DNA of 64,000 bases. Origin: Octopus vulgaris. Its lineage: Eukaryota. A program made the translations under genes and the position numbers. Numbering within the stretch: the stretch's first letter is position 1; every line of letters begins with the position of its first letter. The stretch lies in the NCBI GenBank assembly GCA_951406725.2, contig OX597817.1, positions 150,598,001 to 150,662,000 of the forward strand, given 5' to 3'. The notes under the pieces are model-generated. The model saw nothing but the letters and a program-made list of their open reading frames with translations, was not told the origin of the DNA and did not search any database. Below, piece after piece: positions 13,373-25,900 of this stretch.

Positions 13373-13596
13373 TCGCCATGTAAATTTAGAGATTATGGGT
13401 CGACCGGGTAGCGCAAATAATTTTTCTACACCACCAGTTTCTTTCCAGTGCATCAACTTTTTAGTTGGTGGTGCCAAATCTAAAGTAGTTATTATGTCTG
13501 CAGTGTCAGCTAACTGCAGCTTCATAGTTTCACTTGGAATACCTTTTTGTTCATCCACAATAAGCTTACGCTTACGTTTACCTTTTCTTTCTTGCC
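13373..13596 (-). CDS. rad21: rad21 coding exon 8 ([20 protein letters not shown]...[37 protein letters not shown])
   Basis: [12 protein letters not shown] and the STAG/SA-binding region; tttgtag| and |gtaagt; 224 nt, phase 1-0. Confidence 0.96.
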
Positions 13597-16317
13597 CTAC
13601 AAAAATCAAGTATTAAACTAACTGTATCAGTCACCTTAAAATAAGAAAATACAGACATTCATTATTAGTCTACTCATTAACACAAATTTGTGCAGAGAGT
13701 CTCCAGGATAAAAAGAATATACAAGGGGGAAAATATAATTTTTGGAGAAGAATGGACTTAGTAAGCATAAATTTATTAGAATATGGATTTTTTTAAAACA
13801 AAATTTCATTTCATAATTATGATTTACTGAGAAGAAAATATTTTTTTCTTAGATTATTAAAATAATTTGTTGTTTGTGCATGACCTTTGTTCTCTCCCAA
13901 CCGCCTACCTCATGCTGTCTATTAGACCAACAATCTCAATATAATTAAAGACTAAGAGTTGCAAGTAATATAGAGTGGAGAAGCAGGTGAAATAGCGAGT
14001 AGAAGAATTTTTAGGAATGAAACTTGGGGGGGGGGGGGAGAAAAGACCCCTACCTCCATTTCCAGACAGACAATACCGCCTATATCAAATATAGTTGGAT
14101 AATCAAGAAGCTTTTAATGAACAATTAACACACTAACATTTATATGTATGTATGGCTGTGTGTGCCCACACACACATGCATGCCAGTTTGTTAACTTTAT
14201 TTTCTAAAGCATATATTTAATTACTATATATAACTGGAGAATACTAGTCATAACTTATATTTAAGAAATAGGAAAAGATAATTAGCTTAACTCTTTAGTC
14301 ACTAAAAGTGAGCACACATCCTTTCTTTATCTTCTAAAATGAGACATAAATAGTCATTGTGTTATTGTCAACACACAATTTCACTTGATAAGAGCAGCTA
14401 TAGCTGTGAGCTTAAATTCATTTTGCAACATGGGTCTTTGTTCAATCCCCTTATATGTCACTTTGAACAAGTGCCTTTTTCTATAGCTTTGGGTGGTTTA
14501 AAGTGTTTTGAGTGAAATTTGTTGAACAGAACCTGCCAGAAGCACCTGCTTTTCAGACTGGCATAGCGTACGTGTGTAAATATATATGTGGATGTGTATT
14601 TATGCTGTGTCTAACTTTGGCTGAAGGATATAAAACATCAAGAAAAACAAACAAAAACAGAGGTTTAGGAATAAAACCTATTGAGATCCTCCAACTTACT
14701 GACACTCCTGCCACTTTCACCGTCAGAAATAGTGAACCAGTGATCGACTCATTACAAACCTGTAACCAGGTCATATAAAATACATAAAAATAAAAATGAA
14801 ATTCGTTTTTGGAATAGTGAATTTAGAAGCAAATAAAGCTATAAGTAATAGCATGTAAGTATTAGGATGCAGAAATCTTCTGGAGAGAAAAAAGGACAAG
14901 GACTGCCTGTGGGACCTGAACCCACATTTGTAGGCATGACAGGTGTTAGCATTTTTGAACCCATTATTTACAGCTTTTTGTGCTTTGAAATCAGTTATTC
15001 CAAAAAAGAATTATTTCATGCTTGCAAAAGTTTATAAATTCTTATATCAAACAATAAAATGTCATACAATGTCTGATATTGTTAGTGTAAATTTTGTGTT
15101 CTCTAAATGTTCTCGGCTATTTCTTGCCATGTATTTATCCTTATTACTGTAATGCATTGAAAAAAAAAAGGGTCCTTAAGCAATTACAAATCTAAATTTG
15201 AATTTTTAAAGCTGCTGCTGCAGCACTATGCGTAAAGCATAGCAAGCATAACCATGGAGTTGACCTTGAATTAGATATATCAATCACTGACAGTTATGAA
15301 TATATTTCAGAAGAGGTTCTTTTGATATAAACACAGTGAACATCAGGAGGCCACTGCAGATTACAAATGATTCATTTCTTTTCAGCATTATGACTGAACA
15401 TTTTTTGAAGATGCGCCAATATATTTATGAAACACTATCTTCCTTGATGTCAATAAGTATCATTCCTGTACATATTCTTTACCTCATTATGTAAATCGTT
15501 TTGAAGTTAAAGTATGTGAAGTGGATTATCAGTTTCAAACCTTACTACAGGTACTGTTGACTCCTCTACAAAGCATTTTACTCTCTCCTCTCAACGCAAT
15601 GCAACTGAGAAGGATTGTAGAGAACAGTAATTGTGCTGGCCTTGCCGCGTTCAGATCAATATTTCACTCAAGTATCAAGTTGTCATTATTTCAGCCTTAC
15701 TCTACAGATACGAAACACAGATCCTATATTGTTAAGACAAGAAACAAGAGTGCTTCATACCAGCCCAAGCTCTGAACAATCATGAAATAAAACAGGAGAA
15801 ATATGACACTAATATTTCTGCCCCCGAGAAAGCCAAAGCCAACAACTTTGAAATCACTGTCATCAAGCATTGGTCCAGATGGACAGCCTATGTAAACTAT
15901 GAGTAAATTCCCCATGAGCATAGCACTGGCACACCTCAAGGATGTCATCTATGACATTACAAAATCAACAGACTATGAAGTAGACCAACATCAACTCAAA
16001 TACCTGCAGTGAATTGAACACTTTGGCATAAATCTGTAGCAAAATTGTTTGAAAACAACTCAAGTCATGCCCACCTCCATTCACCAGTTTGTAACTTGTG
16101 TAATCATATGGATTCAACTTCTTATTTGTTAATTCTGGTGAATAAGAGAGGAAAAGAAGAAAATACTTGGCAACAAAGAATAGCTGCTGTTGCTACTGCT
16201 AACCTTGCATGTATGTGCAACAGTGGTTGCAGTAAGGTTTGAAAATGATAAGCAGTGTGACTACTTTGAACTCCCAAACAGATTTTCTCTTGACTAGGTA
16301 CAGGGGTGTTTTAATTT

Positions 16318-16361
<44 letters not shown>

Positions 16362-17569
16362 TAAAAGTAAGGAGAAATAACTGAATCATGCCTATACTAT
16401 TGATATTTGTTTACCAATCTTCTCAAAGATGAAAAACTATCAACCCCAAAACACTTAGCTTGCATATTTACCACTTAACAGAAAATATAAAGTATGGGGT
16501 ACATGTTACAGCAACAACTACACTGCCAAAGACTGGATTCCACTTTTAGGGACAAAATAATTCAGTTCCCAAGTCTATAATGTTCAAGTGAAACCAACAA
16601 TGGAATACTGCTGTTACATCTATAAATATCTTAGACAACATTCCCCAAATAGGTGCTGATCAGATCAGTATAGAGCAGGAATCAGCAACTTTTTTTTTCA
16701 AGAAGCAGGCAGCATGAGACACAGCTCCTCATCAGGCAGGATGAGGTAATTTCTTTTTGTTAGGCACACCATTAAAGTCCCTTGGGCTACAAGTTGCCCA
16801 TATCTAGGATGAAGCCACTTGTCAACGCATTCTAACCTTTGACCCAGACAGTTTCCACACTACATTTTCTATTTACTACGATCATGGCAATTACTGTTCT
16901 GAACTATCTTCAACTGACTCACTTGTCCCTCTACCTCTTGCTACCCACACAATGCTTTACTCGCCACCAGCATTCTGGAATCTGTTCCTTGCAGTCATCA
17001 ATACAATTCAAGGACATTAATCGCATTGATCCCAGACTCAACAATTGAAATGAAGATGGAATGTTTATAACTTGTATAGCTTTGATCACAAGTCTGCTCA
17101 ACCAGAGCTGGTTTGGAGCCAAACAAGCACCTATTTTATTCACTTCAAAAAGGCAAAAGCACAAAATGACCATTAAAACCAAATTGTAAACAAACCCTAA
17201 ACACTAAATCATTCAGTTGGTTCTCTGAGATGCAATGACTACTGAAACCACAAAGTTACATACTCATATAAGTTGGTCATTGTTAATTTAAATGATTTTC
17301 AATATATTATTAGTACATTTTGATCTTAATGGGATTTGTAACTAAAATACCAATCCCTTTACATCACATATATTATATACATACATAATTTGTTAATATT
17401 ATAAAAGAGAATATTAGTGAAATAATAAATAATTAAAAAATATATACAACCCAAAAATATACAAACACTTTTCACTGGTCGAAACATTCACAGTACAGCC
17501 CATGCACAAACTACATCTAAAACAAGGACAACATTTAAAAGAACCTTAATCAATACCTACTAAACTGAC

Positions 17570-17755
17570 CTGGTATATTCGAGACATCTAAGGGCTCCAA
17601 AGCAAAGGCCTCATCTTCATTATGAACAAGTGTTGTTTGTTCTCCAGAAGTACCAGTGGTTTCATTGACTTCACTAGTAGTTTCAGGTGCAGGAGTCTCA
17701 GGCTCTGTAGGTGGAGCAGCTTTTGCTTCAGCTGGTTGTGGAGCAGCTTCAGGTT
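17570..17755 (-). CDS. rad21: rad21 coding exon 7 (EPEAAPQP...EQTTLVHNEDEAFALEPLDVSNIP)
   Basis: Conserved QTTLV.NE.EAFALEP.D motif; cattttag| and |gtcagt; 186 nt, phase 1-1. Confidence 0.93.
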
Positions 17756-18015
17756 CTAAAATGAAATGGGAAAAATCAAAAGTTATTATAATGTTTAGCA
17801 GACAACAGCATTCACCAGCATACAATCTGTTTGCTGATTCTTATATACAAGAGCTGGTGCTAGTTTCATCAGACTGGCAGCATAGCTCTGAATGTGGAGA
17901 CACAATGAGGCTGAAACACAGCAGTATCTTAAAGTACCCTTACAACAGTGAATTGTGTTATGAAAACACAATCTAAGAGGAGGTGTTCTTCAATAATGCA
18001 AAACAAATAATTAGA

Positions 18016-18157
18016 TACATTATTTACATTTGATGGATATTTGTCCTCATCTTTGTTGTTAACACAATGTTTCAGCTGATATACCCTCCAAGATGAGGAC
18101 AAATATCCGTCAAATATAAATAATGTACATAATTCCTCATCTCTTAAATATAGAACT
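18016..18157. repeat. Penelope-like inverted-repeat insertion (38-bp arms, 13-bp TSD-like flanks)
   Basis: Arms 18016-18053 and 18090-18127 with 2 mismatches; flanks aaataattagata / aaattattagata. Confidence 0.7.
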
Positions 18158-18785
18158 AAATTATTAGATATTCATGTTTGAATCTTCACTGCCCGGTGTG
18201 CATCCATGAATTATGTTCGTTTATTCTAATCTCTGTTGTGAGGTCCTCTTGCAAGCCAGCAGGTGCTACGTAAAAAGCACCTGGTACACACTGCAAAGCG
18301 GTTGGCGTTAGGAACAGTATCCAGCTGCAAAAACCATACCAAAACAGACAATTGGATCCTGGTGCAGCTATCTGGCCTGCCAGCTTCTGTCAAATCCTTC
18401 AACCCATGCTAGCATGGAAAATAAACATTAAATGATGACGTTTTCTATGAACAAGAGCTTGTGCCCTCGTTAGCTTCAGTGGTTGGACAGGCCATCTTAG
18501 ACTGAGGAAATACAACAATATTGAAACATTAGTGTCTCAGAGGTCCCATTACATGGGTAAATCATTATGAACACCCATCATTATGCCCTCCATAATGGAA
18601 ATCAATTATAGAAATTTGAATTCAAATCTGTCAGAACATTCGAATACACACATTATTCTTATATAGAAAAAAACTAGCAATTCATTCTACAGTGAAATAT
18701 GAAATAGTGATAAATCAAAAATTATACAAATATACATCATAAAAATTAATGGAAAAATTCATAAAATGCATTAACATAATAATAC

Positions 18786-18887
18786 CTTGAGGTTTCTCGG
18801 TTTCAGTTACAGGTTCTTCAGGTTCCATACCAACGTCAGTTACAGGAGCATCTTCAAATAATCCACCAGGCTCCATAAATGTATCAT
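18786..18887 (-). CDS. rad21: rad21 coding exon 6 (DDTFMEPGGLFEDAPVTDVGMEPEEPVTETEKPQ)
   Basis: GGLFED motif (cf. vertebrate GGIFDD); atctttcag| and |gtatta; 102 nt, phase 1-1. Confidence 0.88.
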
Positions 18888-19449
18888 CTGAAAGATAGGA
18901 AAAACAAATCGTTATTAACCTTTGGTAGACCTAATTTTGTAGCATTTTACACAATTATCTACATTTATTCCCATGAAATCTATAGTTTATGACAATAATT
19001 CTAGGGATTGAATTCATTCTACAGCAGAAATTGTCATTGGCCAATAAAATGTTTAGATATAAATTTTGGCATGTATCCTTGCTATGATAGATCAACATCA
19101 ATATTTACATAGAAAATTGATGATGATAATTATAAATAGCTTTAATTAAGAACTCTAAATTATAAGAATTACATCAGGATTAAAAGACGAACAAATTGGA
19201 AATCAAGTAAATATAGCTATAGCTTTTCTCATGCATTTATTCACTGCCATAACTGAAGGAGTATAATACAACCATTCCAATTAATAACATTACCTGGTGT
19301 ACACACAACATAATAAAGCTATAGTAGTAGATGTAATATTTACAACTAAAATGTGTCTGTATGCCACTGACCACCCACTTACAGATGCTAAAAGAGAACC
19401 AAAAGAAACTAATATATGGAATTACCGAGAAATTCTTGACCAATTTCAC

Positions 19450-19506
19450 CTCCAAAATCATCATTGTTGCCATTATCATCGTCGTCATCATCATCAACTG
19501 GAGCAT
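19450..19506 (-). CDS. rad21: rad21 coding exon 5, acidic mini-exon (DAPVDDDDDDDNGNNDDFG)
   Basis: ttttactttctag| acceptor, |gtgaaa donor; 57 nt, phase 1-1; DDFG resembles the acidic linker of Rad21 orthologues. Confidence 0.75.
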
Positions 19507-20070
19507 CTAGAAAGTAAAATGAGAATAGATTTGAAAGAAAAGATTCAGAATAATTTCACTATGAGTGCATCCCAATTCAGTTATTTGTATTAATATAATT
19601 TGCATTAAATTACAGGCAGCTGTACTGGTTTTATCCACTGTTTTGGCTAATCATGACAATATTTCAAGAGTAGTATATACATTTAACTTTCACTGTATAT
19701 TTCTACTATAAATGTAAAAATCAATTTTCAGTGATCCATTGTAATATTTGTGTTGTATTCACACTTGAATTCCTTGAAATAGTAATTCCTGTGCTCATGC
19801 ACACTGGCCTGTATAAAACTGATCACCATTTATTTTAGAAAGTTTGATAAAACAACTCAGTTGACAAGTTCAGAAGAATGAAATACATATTAATTCTTAC
19901 CAATGTCTCAAGAGAGCTCATACATGTTATTGATCCTATCATAAATGCACCCAAACTGACTTTTAATGGTTGTGGTAATAATGTATGACCTAGTTTTTGA
20001 AAATCTTGACTGAATAGTTATTTCACTATCTCTCCATCCAAATTCTTGATTATTCTCACAATTATTATAA

Positions 20071-22842
20071 CCTTTAGTGTTTAAACCAGCCATAACTGGC
20101 CGTATCTGATTTCTCTACGAATTCGCCAAAAAAATAAACAAATCACATTATTGAATTCTTGTAGCTTTAACCCTTTCGTTACCATATTTCTGACCAAATT
20201 ACACCCCTTATGTGTTTCAATTAATTTCTAACGTAATCATAAATTTAGTCTGGTTTCATTAAACAACAATAACTTTTTTATTTATCGATATATTAATCTG
20301 ATTTTTGGAAGATAATTTAATGAAATATTCTCAACCAATTCTATACTATAATTTTTGTCACAAAGTGACTCTAATTGCAGGTAGATACAGGTAAATTCCA
20401 CAAAATATAAAATTATTAAAATTTTGTTCAAACATCGCTATAGAAAATGGGTTATTAGCTAATATTCAATTGGGTATACAACAAAATTTTACGATAGAAT
20501 TTGTTATTCTGGGTAACTTTCTGATACCCATAATAATATTTATGGCAAAATAGTCTTAATTTCATTTAAGGTTGTGGGAAACAACAAACTATCCTTTCTT
20601 TCGCTTTGCTTACGTTTAGCGTAACGGTTCGTTTTCGCCGTAATGATTTCAAATGGGCTCATTCGAAAAAGTAAATAAAAATAGCCTAAGGTTTTACTCT
20701 TCTGGGAAAGTCTGTGGCTTGGTTCAGTTTCTTCAGAAAAATCACCGAAAGAAACAGTTTTTAAATTTTCACTCCATTCAGGTGCCAATTCGTTTTCTTT
20801 ATCGCTATCGGAGATCTCAGATTCACTGTTTTCATTTTCCGAAAGTGAAACATCAGATTCATTATCAAATTCCACATGCTTTTTTTTTTTCAGTCATAGG
20901 AGTTAGATTTATGAAGGTCTTCAGTAGAAAATCCTTCGAATTCTGACTCGCTGCTTGATATAATGAAATTCGTATCCATTTTTTGTCAGAATTACAAATT
21001 TTGAAAACACAATAGGAACAAATTTCGGAAAAAAATCTCCCAAAATTCACGGAATTAAAATTACACTTCGATTATTGTACAAAACTGTAGTTGAACTGTT
21101 TACGAAGTATAATACGTGTTTTCACGAATGTACTGAAGAGATTTGCTCTGATATTCTCATTTAAATATGAATAGGCGGCTTTGGGCGGTTTGGTCTCATA
21201 AACCAAAATTTTTTTCGGGCGGTTTGGTAACGAAAGGGTTAAGATAATTCGAGATAAAACCTTTCCTGCCTTTATTCAAATAAAAATATGGTGAAATTTT
21301 GAAGACTTCTTGGTTTTTTCCAACGTTTGAAGAGAAGTGTATATCTTAGCTTTTAATATGGCGTCAGCAAGTAGTGATTCCAACTTTGAAGGTTTTACTC
21401 TTCATGATGTACAAAACATAAACGAAAACAGTGATTTGTCTTCGGACGAATCATAATGACAATTAGAACCTTTGTCGGATGGAGAAGATTTTGATAATGA
21501 AAATGATACTGAAAAGCATTATGGCAACATGGTTGAAGATTACTATATCAACCAGAATCCCCAATTTCACAGAAAAGACTAGTCCACAATATGGCCTACC
21601 TCCCGATGCTCAACTATCGAACTATTTATTATTATTTTTTTTACTTAAAACATTTTTTGAAATGGTCATGAGGGAAACAAATACCTAGCACATAATTTAT
21701 ATTTGTGGAAGACCCGATCCACTGATATTGCAGAAACGCAAGCTTTTTTCCTATAAACATTATGTTTGGTACCAAGCAGCTTCCTCGACTGTGGAACTAC
21801 TGGAATCCTGATATAAGGTATGGTGATCCATATATCGCCAGCATTATGTCTAACTACAGTAAATTTATATATTGTAAAAAGCCTCTGAGGGCTTTTCTTC
21901 TAAAAGACACAGAACTGGAAAAAAAGCAAAATTAACTGAGGTGGATGTCAGAGAAATTGACTTCCATAAAGTAGAAAAAATAAATGGAAGGAAAACCATT
22001 TGCAGACTGCGTTCACTGCAAAGAAGAAAAACTGCAAAAGGATATCAGATCAAGACCTCATATATGTGTTCATCGTGTAAAGTGCCCTTGTGTAAAGGGT
22101 GCTTTCGACAATTTCATGATAGAAATATGGCATAACTATATTTTGTTGTTTGATAGTAATACTATTATATTTTCCTTTCATTTTATTACAAATAATATGC
22201 AAAAGTGAGAAATACATATTAATTTTCAGGATGTTACACACCTGTATTCACCTTTGCCTCACCTGTTAAACAGCATTTATTTTATTAGATGCATTCTGTT
22301 ATCTAAATGTATTCATTAAATTGTATAAGAGTACATAGCCAATGGTATATTGAATAGTAAAAGAGTTTTGTACTTTATTTTCAATGAAAATGTTTGAATG
22401 AAATATAGAAAAAGAATAAAATCTTGTACTGATAATACTTGTATTTTAATTAATTCAAATTAATGTACCACATCTTGAAAAGTGGCAAAACTGTTGGCAG
22501 TTGACATCTGGGATAATTTTACTAATAAATCAAACAGGTAAGATGCATTAAGAATTTCAATTTTAGTGTTTATCCATGTTATTGCTTTTATACTTGTTAA
22601 TTAAATTTACCTGCCCATAGAAGTAAAACTTAATCAGCAAGATCAGCTAAAATTACATAACTTTAATCCACTGGTATATAAGCACCCACCAACAAAATTT
22701 TAAATCTCTATGTAAAAAATTTAAGTCACAAGTAAATATTGTGGACAATAAGTCACAAGTAAATATTATTGAACCCGAATAATTCAAAATAACGTGAACA
22801 GATAAGCATCACATTTGACAGATTAATCTGAACACTAAAGGG
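20071..22842 (+). mobile_element. Internally deleted piggyBac element, family B (TIR CCCTTTAGTGTT), interrupted by the family A copy
   Basis: Termini cctttagtgttt...aacactaaaggg|ttaa; pseudogenised transposase N-part (MVMRETN...INIMFGTKQLPRLWNYWNPD...PYIASIMS) joined directly to the C-terminal Cys-rich domain (YMCSSCKVPLCKGCFRQFH); catalytic DDD core absent. Confidence 0.85.
20171..21238 (-). mobile_element. Second copy of the piggyBac family A element, inverted relative to 2215-3393
   Basis: TTAA TSDs (20167-20170, 21239-21242); same TIRs and near-identical internal sequence; ORF 20540-20875 is the acidic transposase N-terminus. Confidence 0.92.
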
Positions 22843-22894
22843 TTAAATATACAGGCAAAGTATTTTCATTATATGTAAAATCATTAAAACTTAC

Positions 22895-23086
22895 CCATAA
22901 AGCTAGGTTCATCAAGTTCATTGGTGACAGGAGCTGTCATGTCCACATCTAATGATTTCTCTGGCTCATCAATGCTTTTTATTTCTTCAGGAGCCCGAGG
23001 ACTGGTAATGTCAGGACTTTTGAACAAAGACTCTTCTAGATTTGTGGCGTCTCGCAGTATTTCTCGATCATCAAACCCAACATCAC
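22895..23086 (-). CDS. rad21: rad21 coding exon 4 (GDVGFDDREILRDATNLEESLFK...DEPSFM), containing the separase site DREILR
   Basis: Open in the expected frame; DDREILR matches the ExxR separase site (human DREIMR); ttttaatag| and |gtaagt; 192 nt, phase 1-1. Confidence 0.92.
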
Positions 23087-23215
23087 CTATTAAAATACAA
23101 ATAGAAAAAAAAAACAGGCTGAGTTAACAAAGTAACAAGGAATCTACATTATGAAGTCGATACCCATTGTTGTTGAGTTATAAGTGTCCGACATTGCTTG
23201 ATGCGATATCTGAAC

Positions 23216-23550
23216 TCAGTGAATTTTGGGAGATTTTTTTCCCTCTATTTTTTTTTCAACTTTGAAAATGGATAAGAATTTCATGCTATCAAGCAGTGAT
23301 TCCGAATTTAAAGGTCTTTCAACAGAAAATATAGAGATATCGAGAAAAAGAATGAATGAGGTACAAAAGCACGTGGTGTACGAGAATGAATAGGATATTT
23401 CTGTATCCGAAACTGAAAGCAGCGATAGCAACAGCAAGACGATTTTACATCGGAATGAAGTAAAAACTTTTAAAATGTTTTTATTAGCAATTTTTCTGAA
23501 GAGTTGGGGTCCATCCATAGTCTTTCTTAGGAAGCAAAACCATTGGACTT
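23216..23550 (+). mobile_element. Older diverged piggyBac family A-related fragment
   Basis: MDKNFMLSSSDSEFKGLSTEN parallels MDTNFIISSSESEFVGFSTEN of the 2215 element; contains stops. Confidence 0.6.
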
Positions 23551-24276
23551 GTATAAAAATCAGGCATTAATTCGTCCAGTTTGAACTTCTTGCATTCCTT
23601 GTGAACCCTACCAATAATATGTGATGTAGTCCTCAATGTTTTTCTCTATGTTCAGACACTTCCAACGTGTTGCACAATGAGCTTTTTTCACTAAAAATTT
23701 TACACAATATACCTATTGTGCCATTAAAGTTTGTCAAGGTTTTCTTGGGAGTACATATTTACTGTTCTGTTGCTGCCAGTTTTCATCTCCTCGTCCTTCT
23801 CTTTACATTCTTTCACAAAGATTCGCTTATATCTTCTGTAGTATGCTTTGAAGGTAACCCCTTTGTCAGGTTCGTATTTAACTTTGTTATGGAATTTGCG
23901 ACAGTCTGGCAGGAACACTTTTTCTAATGACTTCAGTGGTTGCAGCATTTGTTGCTCGTGTAGTTGTATCTGCTGCTGTTTTCGCAACTTGAGCAAACTT
24001 GCCAACAAATTTTCCATACTTTTACGATTTTTTGTAAAATTCGCACACCAACATTTTGAGTTCAACTCTTTCTCGAGTTTATTAATTCGTTACCACTATT
24101 ACAATCTTTAAGATATTGGATTATTGTAACGCCCAATTCGGTGTACAGTATATTTAGTAAAACCAGTAAAGACATGACGATCGCTGACAGCCTACTACGC
24201 ACTCTAGTACTTCACTTTACTTATAGTGACTAGGCTAATGAAATACTGTGTGTACCCTAATTACTAATTTGCTACA
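23550..24276 (-). mobile_element. Gypsy/Mag-like LTR retrotransposon remnant (LTR, PBS-like site, gag fragment)
   Basis: KYEPDKGVTFKAYYRRYKRIF and, after frameshifts, TRWKCLN...EDYITYIGRVHKECKKFKLDEL resemble K02A2.6-type gag; PBS-like TGGTAACGAA at 24086-24095; candidate LTR start TGTAGC at 24276. Confidence 0.6.
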
Positions 24277-25264
24277 ATAAGATAATTAACTAGATACAAA
24301 ATTCACTAAGGATGAGATCAAGAATACATCCATTTTTACAGCATCTTTCCATCCATTCAAGTCCTTTGATGTCTTTATTAAGGTCAGCCTCCATCTTTCC
24401 ATATCTTCATTGTCAAACTGCTATTTTCTGTACCCACAGCAGCTCAGTCTTCTCTCAAGCAGACACGTGATTCTTCTTATACCCTGTGTTTTCTCTCAGT
24501 GCAATATTATTTACTTCTTTTCAGCATATCCTCTGGATGTTTCATTACCAAGCAACATCTTGTCTTCCTTTAGAGAGATGCCCCTTATTCTTTCTTTGGA
24601 TACCTCTCCTCTGGAACACCCACTTCTACTGTTAATTTGGACAATTAAGTAATGGAAACTACCAACTACTTCTAGGTAATTCTGTAAGCATCTGAAATTA
24701 TATTATTCTGCAGGTACTGTTATTACAGCAGTGCATTTGTAACATACAACACCTTTCTTTTATTGATCTTCACATGATGCCTACTGCAGCTCTTGTACAC
24801 CCATATTTCACATTAGGTACCCTATATGGCATTAATATTGAGCACAGCCACTTCTAAAATGGCAGTAAAGTTTCGGTTTCTTTCCTTTGCTCTGTTAGGT
24901 TTCATAGTCTCTTGATTTTGGGTTTTGCTTTCAAATTTGGAATTTCTTCACTATTTCTTTGACAAGTTGAGCTATGGATGATTTGTGAGAATATCTGTAG
25001 TTGCCTTATTAGGAAGACAGCAAGAGTTGCATTAATCTTGGAACAAATTCAGTCTGCATTTCAAAGCTAATCTTCTTTCCAATTAGCTGTACTTTAATTC
25101 TTTGTTACTCTTCTGCTTGCAAAAACATTAAAATGACCTCATAATCAAAAGTTAGGTCAAACTAGAACATTTCTCTTTAGCTAATGTAATTTTGAGACTA
25201 TCTGTTAAATTTTAAAATTAATTAACCTGCAACTAATCATATACAAGTATACATATATACATAC

Positions 25265-25371
25265 CAAAGCCATCATCACCAATCAAAGTGATATTTCCAT
25301 AATCTTCCCGCATCGTAATTTCTTCAGGACGACTTTGATTTACTGAAAATTGAGCTTGTACATTGATTTCA
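25265..25371 (-). CDS. rad21: rad21 coding exon 3 ([36 protein letters not shown])
   Basis: NQSR.EEITMRE motif; ctttcag| and |gtatgt; 107 nt, phase 2-1. Confidence 0.95.
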
Positions 25372-25900
25372 CTGAAAGAGTATTGAAATAGAATTAAATT
25401 GTATCTGAAGTTATAACAAGAGAAACTGAAGATTATAAAATGCAAAAATATGTCATAATACATTTGAAGTTCACAGGATAAAATTAGTTTCATATAGCAC
25501 AATTATCTTTAAATTTGAAATAGAATTCTTTTACCTTTGAAAACAGAGTTATGCATAGCAAACCTAAAATAATCAGAGATTCTGCATGTTAAAATATTTG
25601 AGAAAATGTTACAACAGGAAACTAGATACCTATGTTCTGATAGCTCTCGATATAAAATTCTTCATGACTGACAACTACGGTACACAAAATGTCCTTGCTA
25701 TAGTATTAGCAACAAAATGGCTTCTTAGTAACAGGCACTAGGCAAATTTAACTGTGCAATTATATATTGCAGTTTATTTCAATAGATGCAGCCAATAATA
25801 GATTTTCCTAGATGATTACAACACTTACAGAAGGTAAACTAAATGAAATTCATCGACTGCACTTTTTAGTAAAGCTATACAATTAAATATTTCTACTTAC

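Noticed and set aside
13395-13616. Plus-strand ORFs overlapping rad21 exons (also 11547, 12679, 17656, 22921, 27118)
   Set aside because: Antisense shadows of real coding exons.
14700-14759. C/D-box snoRNA reading of the 60-nt intronic element
   Set aside because: The C box is imperfect (TAATGA), CTGA is not terminal and there is no closing stem; the splice signals fit better.
24330-25120. Possible decayed LINE on the - strand
   Set aside because: No motif I could identify with confidence.
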